This document shows, piece after piece, positions 18,764 through 27,827 of a DNA stretch of 64,000 nt. Location of the stretch: positions 15,772 through 79,771 of IMG/VR virus record IMGVR_UViG_3300021469_000002; one strand, written 5' to 3'. The first letter of the stretch is position 1; each line of letters starts with the position of its first letter. The position numbers were made by a program, and so were the translations under genes. The notes beneath the pieces were generated by a model. The model made no database searches and had not been told where the DNA came from. It saw nothing but the letters and a program-made list of their open reading frames with translations. The stretch comes from a virus.

Positions 18764-21700
18764 ATGAAATTAACGATTTTAGGTTCGGGTCCTACTAAAC
18801 CCGTTATGGGTAAAGGAAAGAATAGACGTAGGAATAGTTCTATGCTTTTACAAACAAGAAACGGAATTAATATTCTTTTTGATTGCACTCCTAATTTTTA
18901 TGAACAAATGCAAACCTTTGCTGATAATATTAATAGAATAGATTATATTATTATTAGCCATGGTCATGCAGATGCAATTGGTGGAATACCGCAATTAAAA
19001 CATTGGCTACAAGAAAAGAAACAAGAAGATAAACCAATTGTATACATGGAAAAAGAAACCGAAGCCAGAATAAGAGAAAAGTTTAAAGACATTGAACATA
19101 TTAATATAAAAAATTTTACCCCGTACAAAGTTTTAAATTTAGACTATCTAAAAATAGTTCCATTTAGGGTAATACACGCTGAGGCATTTCCAACAGGTCA
19201 TAAATTTCCATGCGTAGGATTCAGAATTGATAATAAAGTTGTATATGCTGAAGATATGGAAAAAGCACCAGAAAAGTCTATACCATATTTTGATAAATCT
19301 CATGTAATTATTATCGATGCAGCGATGTGGTTTGGAAAAAGTATTAGAGGACATATGAATATAGAAGAAGCATTACAATTTGTTAAAAAATTTAAAACTA
19401 GGAAAGTTGTTTTCACACAAGCAGGACACACTTATCCTGATTATGTAACAGCTTTAAAAGAAATTAAAAAGCGTTGGAAAGAAATAGGCGGAAGTTCAAA
19501 AGTTGATATTGAATTAGCTTATGATGGTATGGAAATTAATATACCAGATTATTTCCAAAAAATAAATGATTATCTTATTGAGTTAAGAGAGGGAATATAT
19601 CTTCCTGCTCCTCATGCAGAATTGCTTTGGAAAGGAAATAAGAAATATATTGTTAAAGCAAAAAAATATTCAAAAATGTTAGACAGGCTTCTTTATGTTT
19701 GTGATCAAAAATACGCTTATGCAATAATTAAATTAAAAAAGCCATTTATGATTAATCTCGAAGAATTTAATAAGTATAAACCAAAACATCTTGTTAGTAA
19801 TGAAGAAAGAAAGAAATGGTGGGGTAATAAAAGGTATTTATTTCTTTATCCATTTGATATAGTTGAAAAATTCAAAAAACCTAAAGAAATTAAAGTTGAA
19901 CGAGGAGTACAAACTTTCATAAAGAATGTTAAATTTTTAGCAGAACTCTCTACTATTGAACTTATTGAGGATGTCGCAGAATATGACCCACATACTGTTG
20001 GTAATGCACAGTTGGCTGATGATTGGAGAATTGTTTGTGCTTGGTATGCAACCAAGAAAAAAGGAGGCAAAATTAAATTTTCATTAGAAACTATAGTAAA
20101 TTTAGCAAAACTAATTTATGATGAAATAGTTAAAAGAGTTAAAAGAGGAGATATGAAACATGAGTTTCAGCCAGAAAAAATGACTCCATTTTCAAAACAA
20201 TTATATGATATAGTTTCTCAAAATAAAATTATTAAAACACCAGAAGAAGAATGTAAAGATACAGAATATACTGTAGATGTCGAGGAAGTAAAGCCCTTAA
20301 TAGACCAATTTAAAGAGTTTAAAATAATTAAAGATTTTATTTCAATTGTGGGTTCGACAGTCAAAAGAGAACCGGGTCATAAACCAAATGATATAGATTT
20401 GCATATTCGTTTAAGAACGCCACCAGATTATATTAAACGAGCAATAGAAGTAAGAATACTAAAAATGCTTCCAGCAGAGATTGCAAATAAAATTCATTTT
20501 GTATGGGGAGATCCAGAGGGTTCACATGATTCTTTTATTCCTCTTTATGATCTTGCATTAGTAAGGACAGAACCAAAAGTTGTTGAAATGAAAGATACAA
20601 CAACAGCTCAAGTTCCTGAACTTCTTCCAACTGTTTGGATTGTTGGAAAAAAAGTTAGGGTTAAAGACAAAATTGGAAAAATAAAAGAAATAAAAAAAGA
20701 ACCAAAAATATATATAATTGAATTTGAAGACGGAACAACCATAGAAGCAAAAGAGGAAGAACTAAAAGCTATAGATTTTATTCCTCTCAAACCTTTTTTA
20801 CCTCTTAAAAGCACATCTATATATAACAAAACAAAATTTTATGATCTTAAAAAAATAATAGAAGTACTTAATCCTAGTGAAGAAAATCTTTATATAGTTG
20901 AAGAAAAATTTGATGGTTTTAGAGGGGTATTACATAAAAAAGGAAATAAAGTAAAAATCTTTTCGGATCAAGGAAAAGATATAACTGATGCTTTTCCTAC
21001 AATATGTGATCAAGCACTTGATTTAACAGCAGAAGATATTATACTTGATGGGGAAATTGTTCCTTATGATAAAAAAGGAAGATCTTTGGGAAGAAGAGGA
21101 TTAATGGAGTTCATTGGAGCAATTAGATCAGGCAAAAAATTAGATGATTCGAATATTAAATATCATGTCTTTGATATTCTTTATTATAAAAATAAATCTT
21201 TACACGATGCCAGACTTTATGAAAGAAAAAAAGTACTTAACCTATTAAAATTCACAAAAAATATAGTCAAAGTTCCATTTGTTGTTGTTGCTAATAAAGA
21301 ACAATTGGAAAAAGCAATAAAATTATTCAGGGCTTTACCAAAAAGCGAAGGTGCGATGATAAAGGCTTATAATTCTACTTATCCAGTTAGTGGAAAAACT
21401 CCTTTCTGGATTAAATTTAGAAACGCAAGAGATATTCATGTCAAAGTTTTAAAAGTTTTGCCTGTTAAAGGAACAGAAAATGCTTGGAGATATATGTGTG
21501 GCATTGAAATTCCAGAAAAAAAAATTAAAGAATTTAATCCTGATAAACTTATGAAATATAATTCAAAAACCTATATGGTTTTTGGCAATACATTTAATAC
21601 TTCTGTAAAAGCAAAAATTGGAGATATCATTGATGTTGATGTTCAAGAAATTTGGAAACATGTTGGTCCTAAAGGAATACATTATAGCTGGCATAAACCC

Positions 21701-23584
21701 GATGTTCGATTTCTATCTGAAAGAAAGACTACTTCAACAATAGCTGATTTAGATGCAATAGTTGATGCTATAGGAGTTTTGGTTAAAGAATATGGAGAAG
21801 AAGCAATTTTAAAAGAATTTGAATTAATGAAACAAGAATTAAAAAAAATAAAAGATGAAGGAGAAACTAGAGCAGAATATGCAACCAAGTTTTGGGCGTC
21901 TCATTGGTGGAAATCATATCCAAAAACAGGAAAAGGTAAAATGGTCTACCAACATCATTGGAGAGGGTTGACAGAAGAAGAAGCAAAATGGGATGAAGAA
22001 AAGTTATTACAAACTGATAGAAGCGTTCATGGTGATTTAAGAATGCAGTTTAATCCTAATACTTTATTTGGTTTTACGATATTCTTAGGCGAAGTAGAAG
22101 ATTTAAGAAAAGGAAGGGATTTATGGAATCTTAAAGAGCCAGATAAATTGCAAGGAACATGGAAACTTTGGCAGCCTTGTATCTCGGAAGATTCTTTTGT
22201 GATAAAAAATCAAAATATAATTCAGGCTAAAGAGCTTCATATAGGCGATAAAATTTTGGATGCTAATGGCGTTTTTAGTCCCATAACTTCAATTGATGAA
22301 ATAGAAGACAACGAACAGTATTTGATTAAACCAAGTTATGGCTTACCTATCCAAGTGAGTAAATTGCATCCGTTTTTAGTTAACGGGTTAAGCGAAAGCC
22401 ATACATTAGCACTGCTTTCACACAAGAAAAGAAAGATAATCAAACATAATTGTTTGCCCGTTTGGAAAAACGCAAAAGACTTAAAGATTGGCGATATATT
22501 ACTTTTCCCTAAGTTAAAAATTAAGAAAATTAATTATATTGGCACTTATGAAGAGGGAAAAATAATCGGATTCTTTCTTGGAGATGGGCATTTGTTTAGA
22601 GCTGGAAAAGATTATAAAACTCTATATTGTGCTTTAACCTTTAATGCAAAAGAAGATATCAATTCATATAAGAACTTGCTGAGAAAAATGGGTGTCCATA
22701 GCTGGATTTCCAGCCCCCCATCTGCAAAAAATACAAAAAATCTGGTATTTACATGTAAAGGAAGAATCAAAGATCTCATATTTCAGGTTTTTGACAAAGA
22801 AAAACAAATACCGCACAAATATTTGTATGCAAATAAAAAATTTATTAAAGGTTTGATAGACGGGTTAGTGGATTCTGATGGATATGATAAAAACAATCGA
22901 AGGTTCATAATTAATACATCAGCTTCAATAATAAATGGAGCTGTTTTATTGTTACATCGGTTAGGTCATATTCCAAGTATCCGTTATAGAGAGAACAGTG
23001 ATGTTGGCTTTAGGCTTCGTAAAAAGAAAAGCAAATTAAAAAAAGTTTTTGAAATAAGTTGGACTAAAAAACCAAAACATAAAAATTGGTTTGATTATGA
23101 AAATTTTTACGGTTTCAGGGTCAGACATATAGAAAAAGCAAAACCCAAAAGGTTATTGAATATAATCACGAAAAGCCATACATTATGCTCCCCCTATTTC
23201 ATTATGCATAATTCCGCGTGGTTAGATGTCGGCAAGAAAAAACCTTATGTATCAAAACCATCTGAAGTGGGAGCAACTCCAAAAAAATATGCAAAATTTT
23301 TTGCTGAAGATTGGGGTACATATGAAATTGGTGTATGGAGAGAGCACTTTTTTGAGTTTTTCTTCCATGGAAAAAAATTAAAAGGTAGATATTTGATTGT
23401 GTATGCTCCTGTGGGAGAAGGAGGAAGAAAATGGTTAATTGGAAAACCAGCAGATCAAACTCCTTATGCTGATAAACATAATATAGAAGATATAATAAAA
23501 GAATTAAAAATGAAAAAACAAGAATGGTTAATTTGGGCAAAACCTGGTGTCAAACCCAAGCTTATTAATGTGAAAAGGCGTTAA
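18764..23584 (+). CDS. Multidomain nucleic-acid end-processing protein: MBL hydrolase + ASCH-like + Pol-beta-like NTase + SH3-like + ATP-dependent DNA ligase + LigD-type 3'-phosphoesterase (intein-containing)
   Basis: ILGSG/SHGHADA/GH/AYDG; PHAELLWKGNKK; VGS...NDIDL; EEKFDGFR/LDGEI/FDIL/EGAMIK/WIK; YQHH...HGDLR...DWGTYE...HGKKLKGRY. Confidence 0.8.
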   Translation: MKLTILGSGPTKPVMGKGKNRRRNSSMLLQTRNGINILFDCTPNFYEQMQTFADNINRIDYIIISHGHADAIGGIPQLKHWLQEKKQEDKPIVYMEKETEARIREKFKDIEHINIKNFTPYKVLNLDYLKIVPFRVIHAEAFPTGHKFPCVGFRIDNKVVYAEDMEKAPEKSIPYFDKSHVIIIDAAMWFGKSIRGHMNIEEALQFVKKFKTRKVVFTQAGHTYPDYVTALKEIKKRWKEIGGSSKVDIELAYDGMEINIPDYFQKINDYLIELREGIYLPAPHAELLWKGNKKYIVKAKKYSKMLDRLLYVCDQKYAYAIIKLKKPFMINLEEFNKYKPKHLVSNEERKKWWGNKRYLFLYPFDIVEKFKKPKEIKVERGVQTFIKNVKFLAELSTIELIEDVAEYDPHTVGNAQLADDWRIVCAWYATKKKGGKIKFSLETIVNLAKLIYDEIVKRVKRGDMKHEFQPEKMTPFSKQLYDIVSQNKIIKTPEEECKDTEYTVDVEEVKPLIDQFKEFKIIKDFISIVGSTVKREPGHKPNDIDLHIRLRTPPDYIKRAIEVRILKMLPAEIANKIHFVWGDPEGSHDSFIPLYDLALVRTEPKVVEMKDTTTAQVPELLPTVWIVGKKVRVKDKIGKIKEIKKEPKIYIIEFEDGTTIEAKEEELKAIDFIPLKPFLPLKSTSIYNKTKFYDLKKIIEVLNPSEENLYIVEEKFDGFRGVLHKKGNKVKIFSDQGKDITDAFPTICDQALDLTAEDIILDGEIVPYDKKGRSLGRRGLMEFIGAIRSGKKLDDSNIKYHVFDILYYKNKSLHDARLYERKKVLNLLKFTKNIVKVPFVVVANKEQLEKAIKLFRALPKSEGAMIKAYNSTYPVSGKTPFWIKFRNARDIHVKVLKVLPVKGTENAWRYMCGIEIPEKKIKEFNPDKLMKYNSKTYMVFGNTFNTSVKAKIGDIIDVDVQEIWKHVGPKGIHYSWHKPDVRFLSERKTTSTIADLDAIVDAIGVLVKEYGEEAILKEFELMKQELKKIKDEGETRAEYATKFWASHWWKSYPKTGKGKMVYQHHWRGLTEEEAKWDEEKLLQTDRSVHGDLRMQFNPNTLFGFTIFLGEVEDLRKGRDLWNLKEPDKLQGTWKLWQPCISEDSFVIKNQNIIQAKELHIGDKILDANGVFSPITSIDEIEDNEQYLIKPSYGLPIQVSKLHPFLVNGLSESHTLALLSHKKRKIIKHNCLPVWKNAKDLKIGDILLFPKLKIKKINYIGTYEEGKIIGFFLGDGHLFRAGKDYKTLYCALTFNAKEDINSYKNLLRKMGVHSWISSPPSAKNTKNLVFTCKGRIKDLIFQVFDKEKQIPHKYLYANKKFIKGLIDGLVDSDGYDKNNRRFIINTSASIINGAVLLLHRLGHIPSIRYRENSDVGFRLRKKKSKLKKVFEISWTKKPKHKNWFDYENFYGFRVRHIEKAKPKRLLNIITKSHTLCSPYFIMHNSAWLDVGKKKPYVSKPSEVGATPKKYAKFFAEDWGTYEIGVWREHFFEFFFHGKKLKGRYLIVYAPVGEGGRKWLIGKPADQTPYADKHNIEDIIKELKMKKQEWLIWAKPGVKPKLINVKRR
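22178..23212 (+). mobile_element. Intein with LAGLIDADG homing endonuclease (345 aa) in the phosphoesterase domain
   Basis: QP|CISEDS ... FIMHN|S; block B HPFL; GFFLGDG and GLVDSDG. Confidence 0.9.
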
Positions 23585-23586
23585 AA

Positions 23587-23733
23587 ATGGCATATCCAAA
23601 AATACCGATAGAAAAGATTCAAAAAATAATTGAAATGACTAATAACGGAGAAAGTAGAAAAAGAATTGCTAGAGTAGTAGAATGTAGCACATCCACAGTT
23701 TATAGATATCAAAAAGAGTTTGACCTTATTTAA
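23587..23733 (+). CDS. Small helix-turn-helix protein (48 aa, not in ORF track)
   Basis: GESRKRIARVVECSTSTVYRY. Confidence 0.75.
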   Translation: MAYPKIPIEKIQKIIEMTNNGESRKRIARVVECSTSTVYRYQKEFDLI

Positions 23734-23761
23734 TATATGCTACAATAGATATTTAAAAAGA

Positions 23762-23790
23762 TTTATAAATTCGACTTAAGTTCTAAATAA
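23762..23790 (+). promoter_or_regulatory. Putative late promoter, copy 1
   Basis: TTTATAAATTCGACTTAAGTTCTAAATAA, 28/29 identical to 37478-37506; ATG at 23794. Confidence 0.7.
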
Positions 23791-23793
23791 TTT

Positions 23794-24972
23794 ATGAGTG
23801 AAGATTTACAATCGATTTTTGAGCATCCAATTGTACAACAATTAGCAGAAAAGGCGTGGAAGGATTTAGAATCAGAAGTAAAATTACCTTATATCTTAAA
23901 AGATAAAATTTTGATGTCTCCGGGCGTATGGAACAATTTTTATTATAGTCCAGAAGTTATTAGAAAAATTTTTAAAAACACTAATTGGGACGATCCAAAA
24001 ATTAGGGCTTTATTTTTAGATCACGTTGACGATAGAGCAGCGGAATGGATTGGAGAAGTAATTAATCCAAGATTAGTAAATGGTAATGTTATAGGTGACT
24101 TGGCTATATTAGACAAGCCGACAGCAATTAAATTGGCTTATGGAGCTAAGTTTGGTGTTTCACCCAAAGTTATCGGAGAAGCTGATTACAATAAAAAAAT
24201 GTATGACGGTCATTTTGAAAATTTTTCTGTTGTAATTAATCCTGCTGTTAAGACTACGTTTCTTAACAGCGAAATAAAAATAAAAAATAAAGGAGGAAAA
24301 ATAATGCCAAAGACTAAAGAAGAACTTCAAGAAGAAGAGTCTGAGGCATCCGAAGAAGCAGAAGAACCAGCAGAAGAACAAGAAGAAAAACAAGAAGAAA
24401 AACAAGAAGAAAAACAAGAAGAAAAAGCCGAAGAGCTTGCAGAAAAACTTGCAGAAAAGGTTGCTGAAATTCTCAAGAAAAAGAAATATGCATATCCAGA
24501 GGAAATGAAAAAGAAAAAGAAATATGAATATCCAGAAGAAATGAAAGAAGAAATAGCAAAATTAAAAGCAGAGATAGAGGAACTAAAAAAGAAGAAGAAA
24601 AAATATCCATATGAACAAAAAGCAGAAGAAAAAAATGAATTAAAAGAAGCAGTAGAAACTCATCTATCTGCTTATACAGACTTTATCAAAAAATTCTTGA
24701 AGAAATATCCTAAAGCAACATTAAAAGATGCAGCAAAAGCATGGGCTAAAGAGCATGGAGAATTAGAAGAAAAAACTTCAATAACTGTAGAAGACTTAAA
24801 AACAGAAATTGGCGAAATTGTAACGGCTAAAATGTCCGAGTTTGGTATTAAGCCAATAACAGTTGCAGCTAAATTCATTAATCCTCAGGCAGAAGGTTAT
24901 GTTGAGGAAGCAGAAGAGCATGAGCTTGACCAAGCAATGTTTGATATGATTAAACAGGGGGTGGAAAAATGA
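23794..24972 (+). CDS. Prohead protease fused to scaffold protein
   Basis: PGVWN, LFLDH, IGEV, GVSP, SVVINPA protease-like N-terminus; E/K-rich C-terminus; precedes capsid gene. Confidence 0.75.
   Translation: MSEDLQSIFEHPIVQQLAEKAWKDLESEVKLPYILKDKILMSPGVWNNFYYSPEVIRKIFKNTNWDDPKIRALFLDHVDDRAAEWIGEVINPRLVNGNVIGDLAILDKPTAIKLAYGAKFGVSPKVIGEADYNKKMYDGHFENFSVVINPAVKTTFLNSEIKIKNKGGKIMPKTKEELQEEESEASEEAEEPAEEQEEKQEEKQEEKQEEKAEELAEKLAEKVAEILKKKKYAYPEEMKKKKKYEYPEEMKEEIAKLKAEIEELKKKKKKYPYEQKAEEKNELKEAVETHLSAYTDFIKKFLKKYPKATLKDAAKAWAKEHGELEEKTSITVEDLKTEIGEIVTAKMSEFGIKPITVAAKFINPQAEGYVEEAEEHELDQAMFDMIKQGVEK
24379..24426 (+). repeat. Tandem repeat (CAAGAAGAAAAA)x4 encoding QEEK
   Basis: Four exact 12-nt copies. 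Confidence 0.9.
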
Positions 24973-25982
24973 GAACAATACAAGAATTAGCTGATACCAC
25001 GACATCCCATAATACAGACCTTTTAGCAAAAAGATGGTTAGATAAAATAATAGATTCAGCAAGAAAAAAGATGTTCTTTTTGAGTATTGTTAGTCAATAT
25101 GATGTGCCTCCAGGAACCAAAGACATAGTAATTCCATATAGAAAAGGTTATTGGAGCACTCTTGGAACTACAGTAACTGATACTACTACAGAAGGGACAT
25201 CAGTAGTTTTCACAGCAATGAATAATTTGGAAGGTTTAACATTAACACCGTCGCCACATTCCTATGGTATAGCAATATCCAATCACGCAATTAGAACAAC
25301 AGCAACCAATTTAATTCAGGCTGCAAGAGAAGAATTAAGTGATTACTGGGCAGATGTTGTTGATAAAGCCATAGCTGCAGCAATTAATGGAGCCCCCGTA
25401 GCAACTTCTTCAGCAAAGGGTGCTTCTGAATTATTTGGCGGAGATGCAACCTCGACATCAACATTAGAAGCTGGGGATATTTTAACACCATCTCTTATAG
25501 TGAAGGCAAAAGCAAGATTACAAGGAACAAAAATGTATTACTGGTCCGGGGGATCTGAATCAGTTTCAAATGAATCTAAAACGCCTTGGTTCTCTGAACC
25601 TAATTCACCTTTTGTAATTTTCATAGGACCAGAACAGGAATACGTTTTACTAACAGATAGTCAGTTTACTAATGCAGCCGAATATGGTGGTAATGAAATA
25701 GTTCTTAATGGGGAAATAGGAAAGTATCAAGGAGTTAAAGTAATAACATCAGTTAATACTACAGCAGCATCGAATTGGGGTTCAGGAGGAAATTTAGCAG
25801 GACACAACTGTTATGTGGTTAAAGCAGGAGTATGTGCAGCATTAGCTTGGGGACAAAGACCAAGACTTAGAGTATTCGAATATCCAAGTGAGTTAGAAAC
25901 AAGATTAATACTTGAACAAGCATATGCAGTAGATTCGCTTCATAACGATGCCATTTGTCATATAAAGGTTTTAGATGAGTAG
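24969..25982 (+). CDS. Major capsid protein (HK97 fold)
   Basis: Position after protease/scaffold, 337 aa, NGEIGKYQGVKVI motif. Confidence 0.85.
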   Translation: MRTIQELADTTTSHNTDLLAKRWLDKIIDSARKKMFFLSIVSQYDVPPGTKDIVIPYRKGYWSTLGTTVTDTTTEGTSVVFTAMNNLEGLTLTPSPHSYGIAISNHAIRTTATNLIQAAREELSDYWADVVDKAIAAAINGAPVATSSAKGASELFGGDATSTSTLEAGDILTPSLIVKAKARLQGTKMYYWSGGSESVSNESKTPWFSEPNSPFVIFIGPEQEYVLLTDSQFTNAAEYGGNEIVLNGEIGKYQGVKVITSVNTTAASNWGSGGNLAGHNCYVVKAGVCAALAWGQRPRLRVFEYPSELETRLILEQAYAVDSLHNDAICHIKVLDE

Positions 25983-26000
25983 GGATGCCGAAGACAAAAA

Positions 26001-26123
26001 TAGCCGTTAAGAGTATCTTTTGATACTCATAACCTTCAATACAATGAAGGTTATGGCTTAATTGGGCTGCGTAAAGCGGTCTACTGGCATTCAGTTGATA
26101 CTGAATGCTGGTATTCAATTAAG
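26001..26123 (+). ncRNA. Candidate structured RNA element (four hairpins, multi-way junction)
   Basis: GAGTATC/GATACTC, ATAACCTTCA/TGAAGGTTAT, GGCTGC/GCGGTC, TACTGGCATTCAG/CTGAATGCTGGTA, closing CTTAATTG/CAATTAAG. Confidence 0.6.
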
Positions 26124-26135
26124 TGAGGTGTATAA

Positions 26136-26537
26136 ATGGGGAATAAATATTGGTATGGAAAACCAAGAACTATAGAAGTAGGAGTATCTGCGGTAAGTGC
26201 AGGTAGTACTACCGAAGTTCCGGTATTTGCTGCACCGTTTAGATGTAAAATAAAAAAAGCATCAATAATACCTAAATCAGCTATTACTGGAGCACAAACA
26301 AATAATATGACATTAGGTTTCTATAACAGGGGAACAGATGGATCATCAACATCAAATATAGCTTATGTAACATTCGATACTGGAGTAAATGCAAGTGCTT
26401 ATGTAGAAAAAAATCTGGGAGCTATATCAAATGGAGTATTACCTTTGGCTACAGTAGTTACATTTTACAAAGATGAAAGCGGAAGTGGCATGGATATGCC
26501 AGACTTAATAGCAAAGTTGGAAGTGGTACGTATTTAA
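26136..26537 (+). CDS. Putative capsid decoration/minor structural protein
   Basis: Beta-rich small-residue composition, follows capsid gene, GAGGTG RBS. Confidence 0.55.
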   Translation: MGNKYWYGKPRTIEVGVSAVSAGSTTEVPVFAAPFRCKIKKASIIPKSAITGAQTNNMTLGFYNRGTDGSSTSNIAYVTFDTGVNASAYVEKNLGAISNGVLPLATVVTFYKDESGSGMDMPDLIAKLEVVRI

Positions 26538-26547
26538 AGGTGATTAA

Positions 26548-26736
26548 ATGGGGGCTTATGGTTTTAGTAATGCACCTGTTCCTAGACATGCTCCTAAACC
26601 AAAGAAATACACTAAAGCAGAATTAAAGGCGATGAATAAAAGTCAACAAATTAGTTTATTACGAAGTCTAGGATTCAGAGGAAGAATACCAAGATACGAA
26701 AAAGATAGAATTGATAAAATACTTGAGTTGATGTAA
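26548..26736 (+). CDS. Small basic protein (Rho-N/HeH-like)
   Basis: YTKAELKAMNKSQQ..LL..LG...KDRIDKIL. Confidence 0.5.
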   Translation: MGAYGFSNAPVPRHAPKPKKYTKAELKAMNKSQQISLLRSLGFRGRIPRYEKDRIDKILELM

Positions 26737-26737
26737 T

Positions 26738-26908
26738 ATGGCTGTAACAAAAACAGAATATGGAAACTGGTATACTTTAGAAGGTACACTAGCTGAAGTA
26801 ATGGCAGAATTAAAGGGAAAATCTCCAGACGAAGTAATTTCAGTTGTTCACGATGGAGCCGATTATACTGTGATATGTGTTCATAGAACTCCGAAATATA
26901 AAAGTTAA
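26738..26908 (+). CDS. Small hypothetical protein (56 aa, not in ORF track)
   Basis: MAVTKTEYGNWYTLEG..., closely packed in operon. Confidence 0.5.
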   Translation: MAVTKTEYGNWYTLEGTLAEVMAELKGKSPDEVISVVHDGADYTVICVHRTPKYKS

Positions 26909-26971
26909 TTTAAATGGGAATTGTATTCCCCAAATTAATAATTTATGGTTATAATTTATGGAGGAGAAAAA

Positions 26972-27499
26972 ATGCAAGAAGATGTAGCAATGAATGACCG
27001 AATAATAAAAAAAACGGGTAAAAGTTTATCGGGTGAAAGCGTTAAGCTTAAAGGATGGTTTCAGTTAGATCATATAAGAAATGGACAAATTATAGATACA
27101 AGAATCGTACCCAATGTGATAACAAATGCAGGATTAGCAGAAGTGGCTGGCTTATTAGTTGATGATGTTGGTGGAACATCGTTTGATTATATAGCAATAG
27201 GTACGGGAACAACTGCTGCAGATTCAACTGATACTGAATTAGAACATGAGATAACAAGTGGTGGAGGAGAAAGAAGAGGCGGTGCAGATGTAACAGGTTC
27301 AAGAGTTACAACAACTGTAACAAACGATACTGCACAATGGGTAACAACTTTTACATTCACAGCATCGTTTGCAGTAACAGAAAGTGGGGTATTTAATGCT
27401 CCATCTGGTGGAACAATGCTTTGTAGACAAACATTTTCGGCAATTAATGTTGCATCCGGTGATTCGTTGCAAATTACTTGGAAAGTTCAGGCTAGTTAA
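26972..27499 (+). CDS. Virion structural protein
   Basis: NVITNAG, YIAIGTG, TESGVFNA..GGTML; GGAGG RBS before 26972. Confidence 0.7.
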   Translation: MQEDVAMNDRIIKKTGKSLSGESVKLKGWFQLDHIRNGQIIDTRIVPNVITNAGLAEVAGLLVDDVGGTSFDYIAIGTGTTAADSTDTELEHEITSGGGERRGGADVTGSRVTTTVTNDTAQWVTTFTFTASFAVTESGVFNAPSGGTMLCRQTFSAINVASGDSLQITWKVQAS

Positions 27500-27531
27500 A
27501 CTAAATTAAGCCAATGCAATGGCGATAAGCA

Positions 27532-27825
27532 ATGCAATGCGAGGTATATTTTAAAAACGGAATTAGGCTTGTTTCTTCAAACGAGTTAGTTAAATCTGTT
27601 TATAATAACCCAGACATAGAAAAAGTTGTTCTTACTCGTGATGGTCATAAATTTACTGTTAAGTTATCCCCTCCACTTAGATTAATTTTTTGGAGAGATA
27701 TAAAAGTAAGCTCTCCTAAAGAAGTTATATATAATATAGGATTTCAACGAACAGTTAGAGGAAAAAACGTCAAAACAATAATGAAAATTTTGCCAAATAA
27801 CGAAATTATTTTGGAGGGTAAGTAG
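27532..27825 (+). CDS. Hypothetical protein
   Basis: ORF; start codon lies in a predicted hairpin loop. Confidence 0.6.
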   Translation: MQCEVYFKNGIRLVSSNELVKSVYNNPDIEKVVLTRDGHKFTVKLSPPLRLIFWRDIKVSSPKEVIYNIGFQRTVRGKNVKTIMKILPNNEIILEGK

Positions 27826-27827
27826 TC

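Noticed and set aside
25980-26138. Capsid-decoration fusion by readthrough, or genome-wide TAG recoding
   Set aside because: The frame also contains TGA and TAA before 26136; long genes are intact under the standard code
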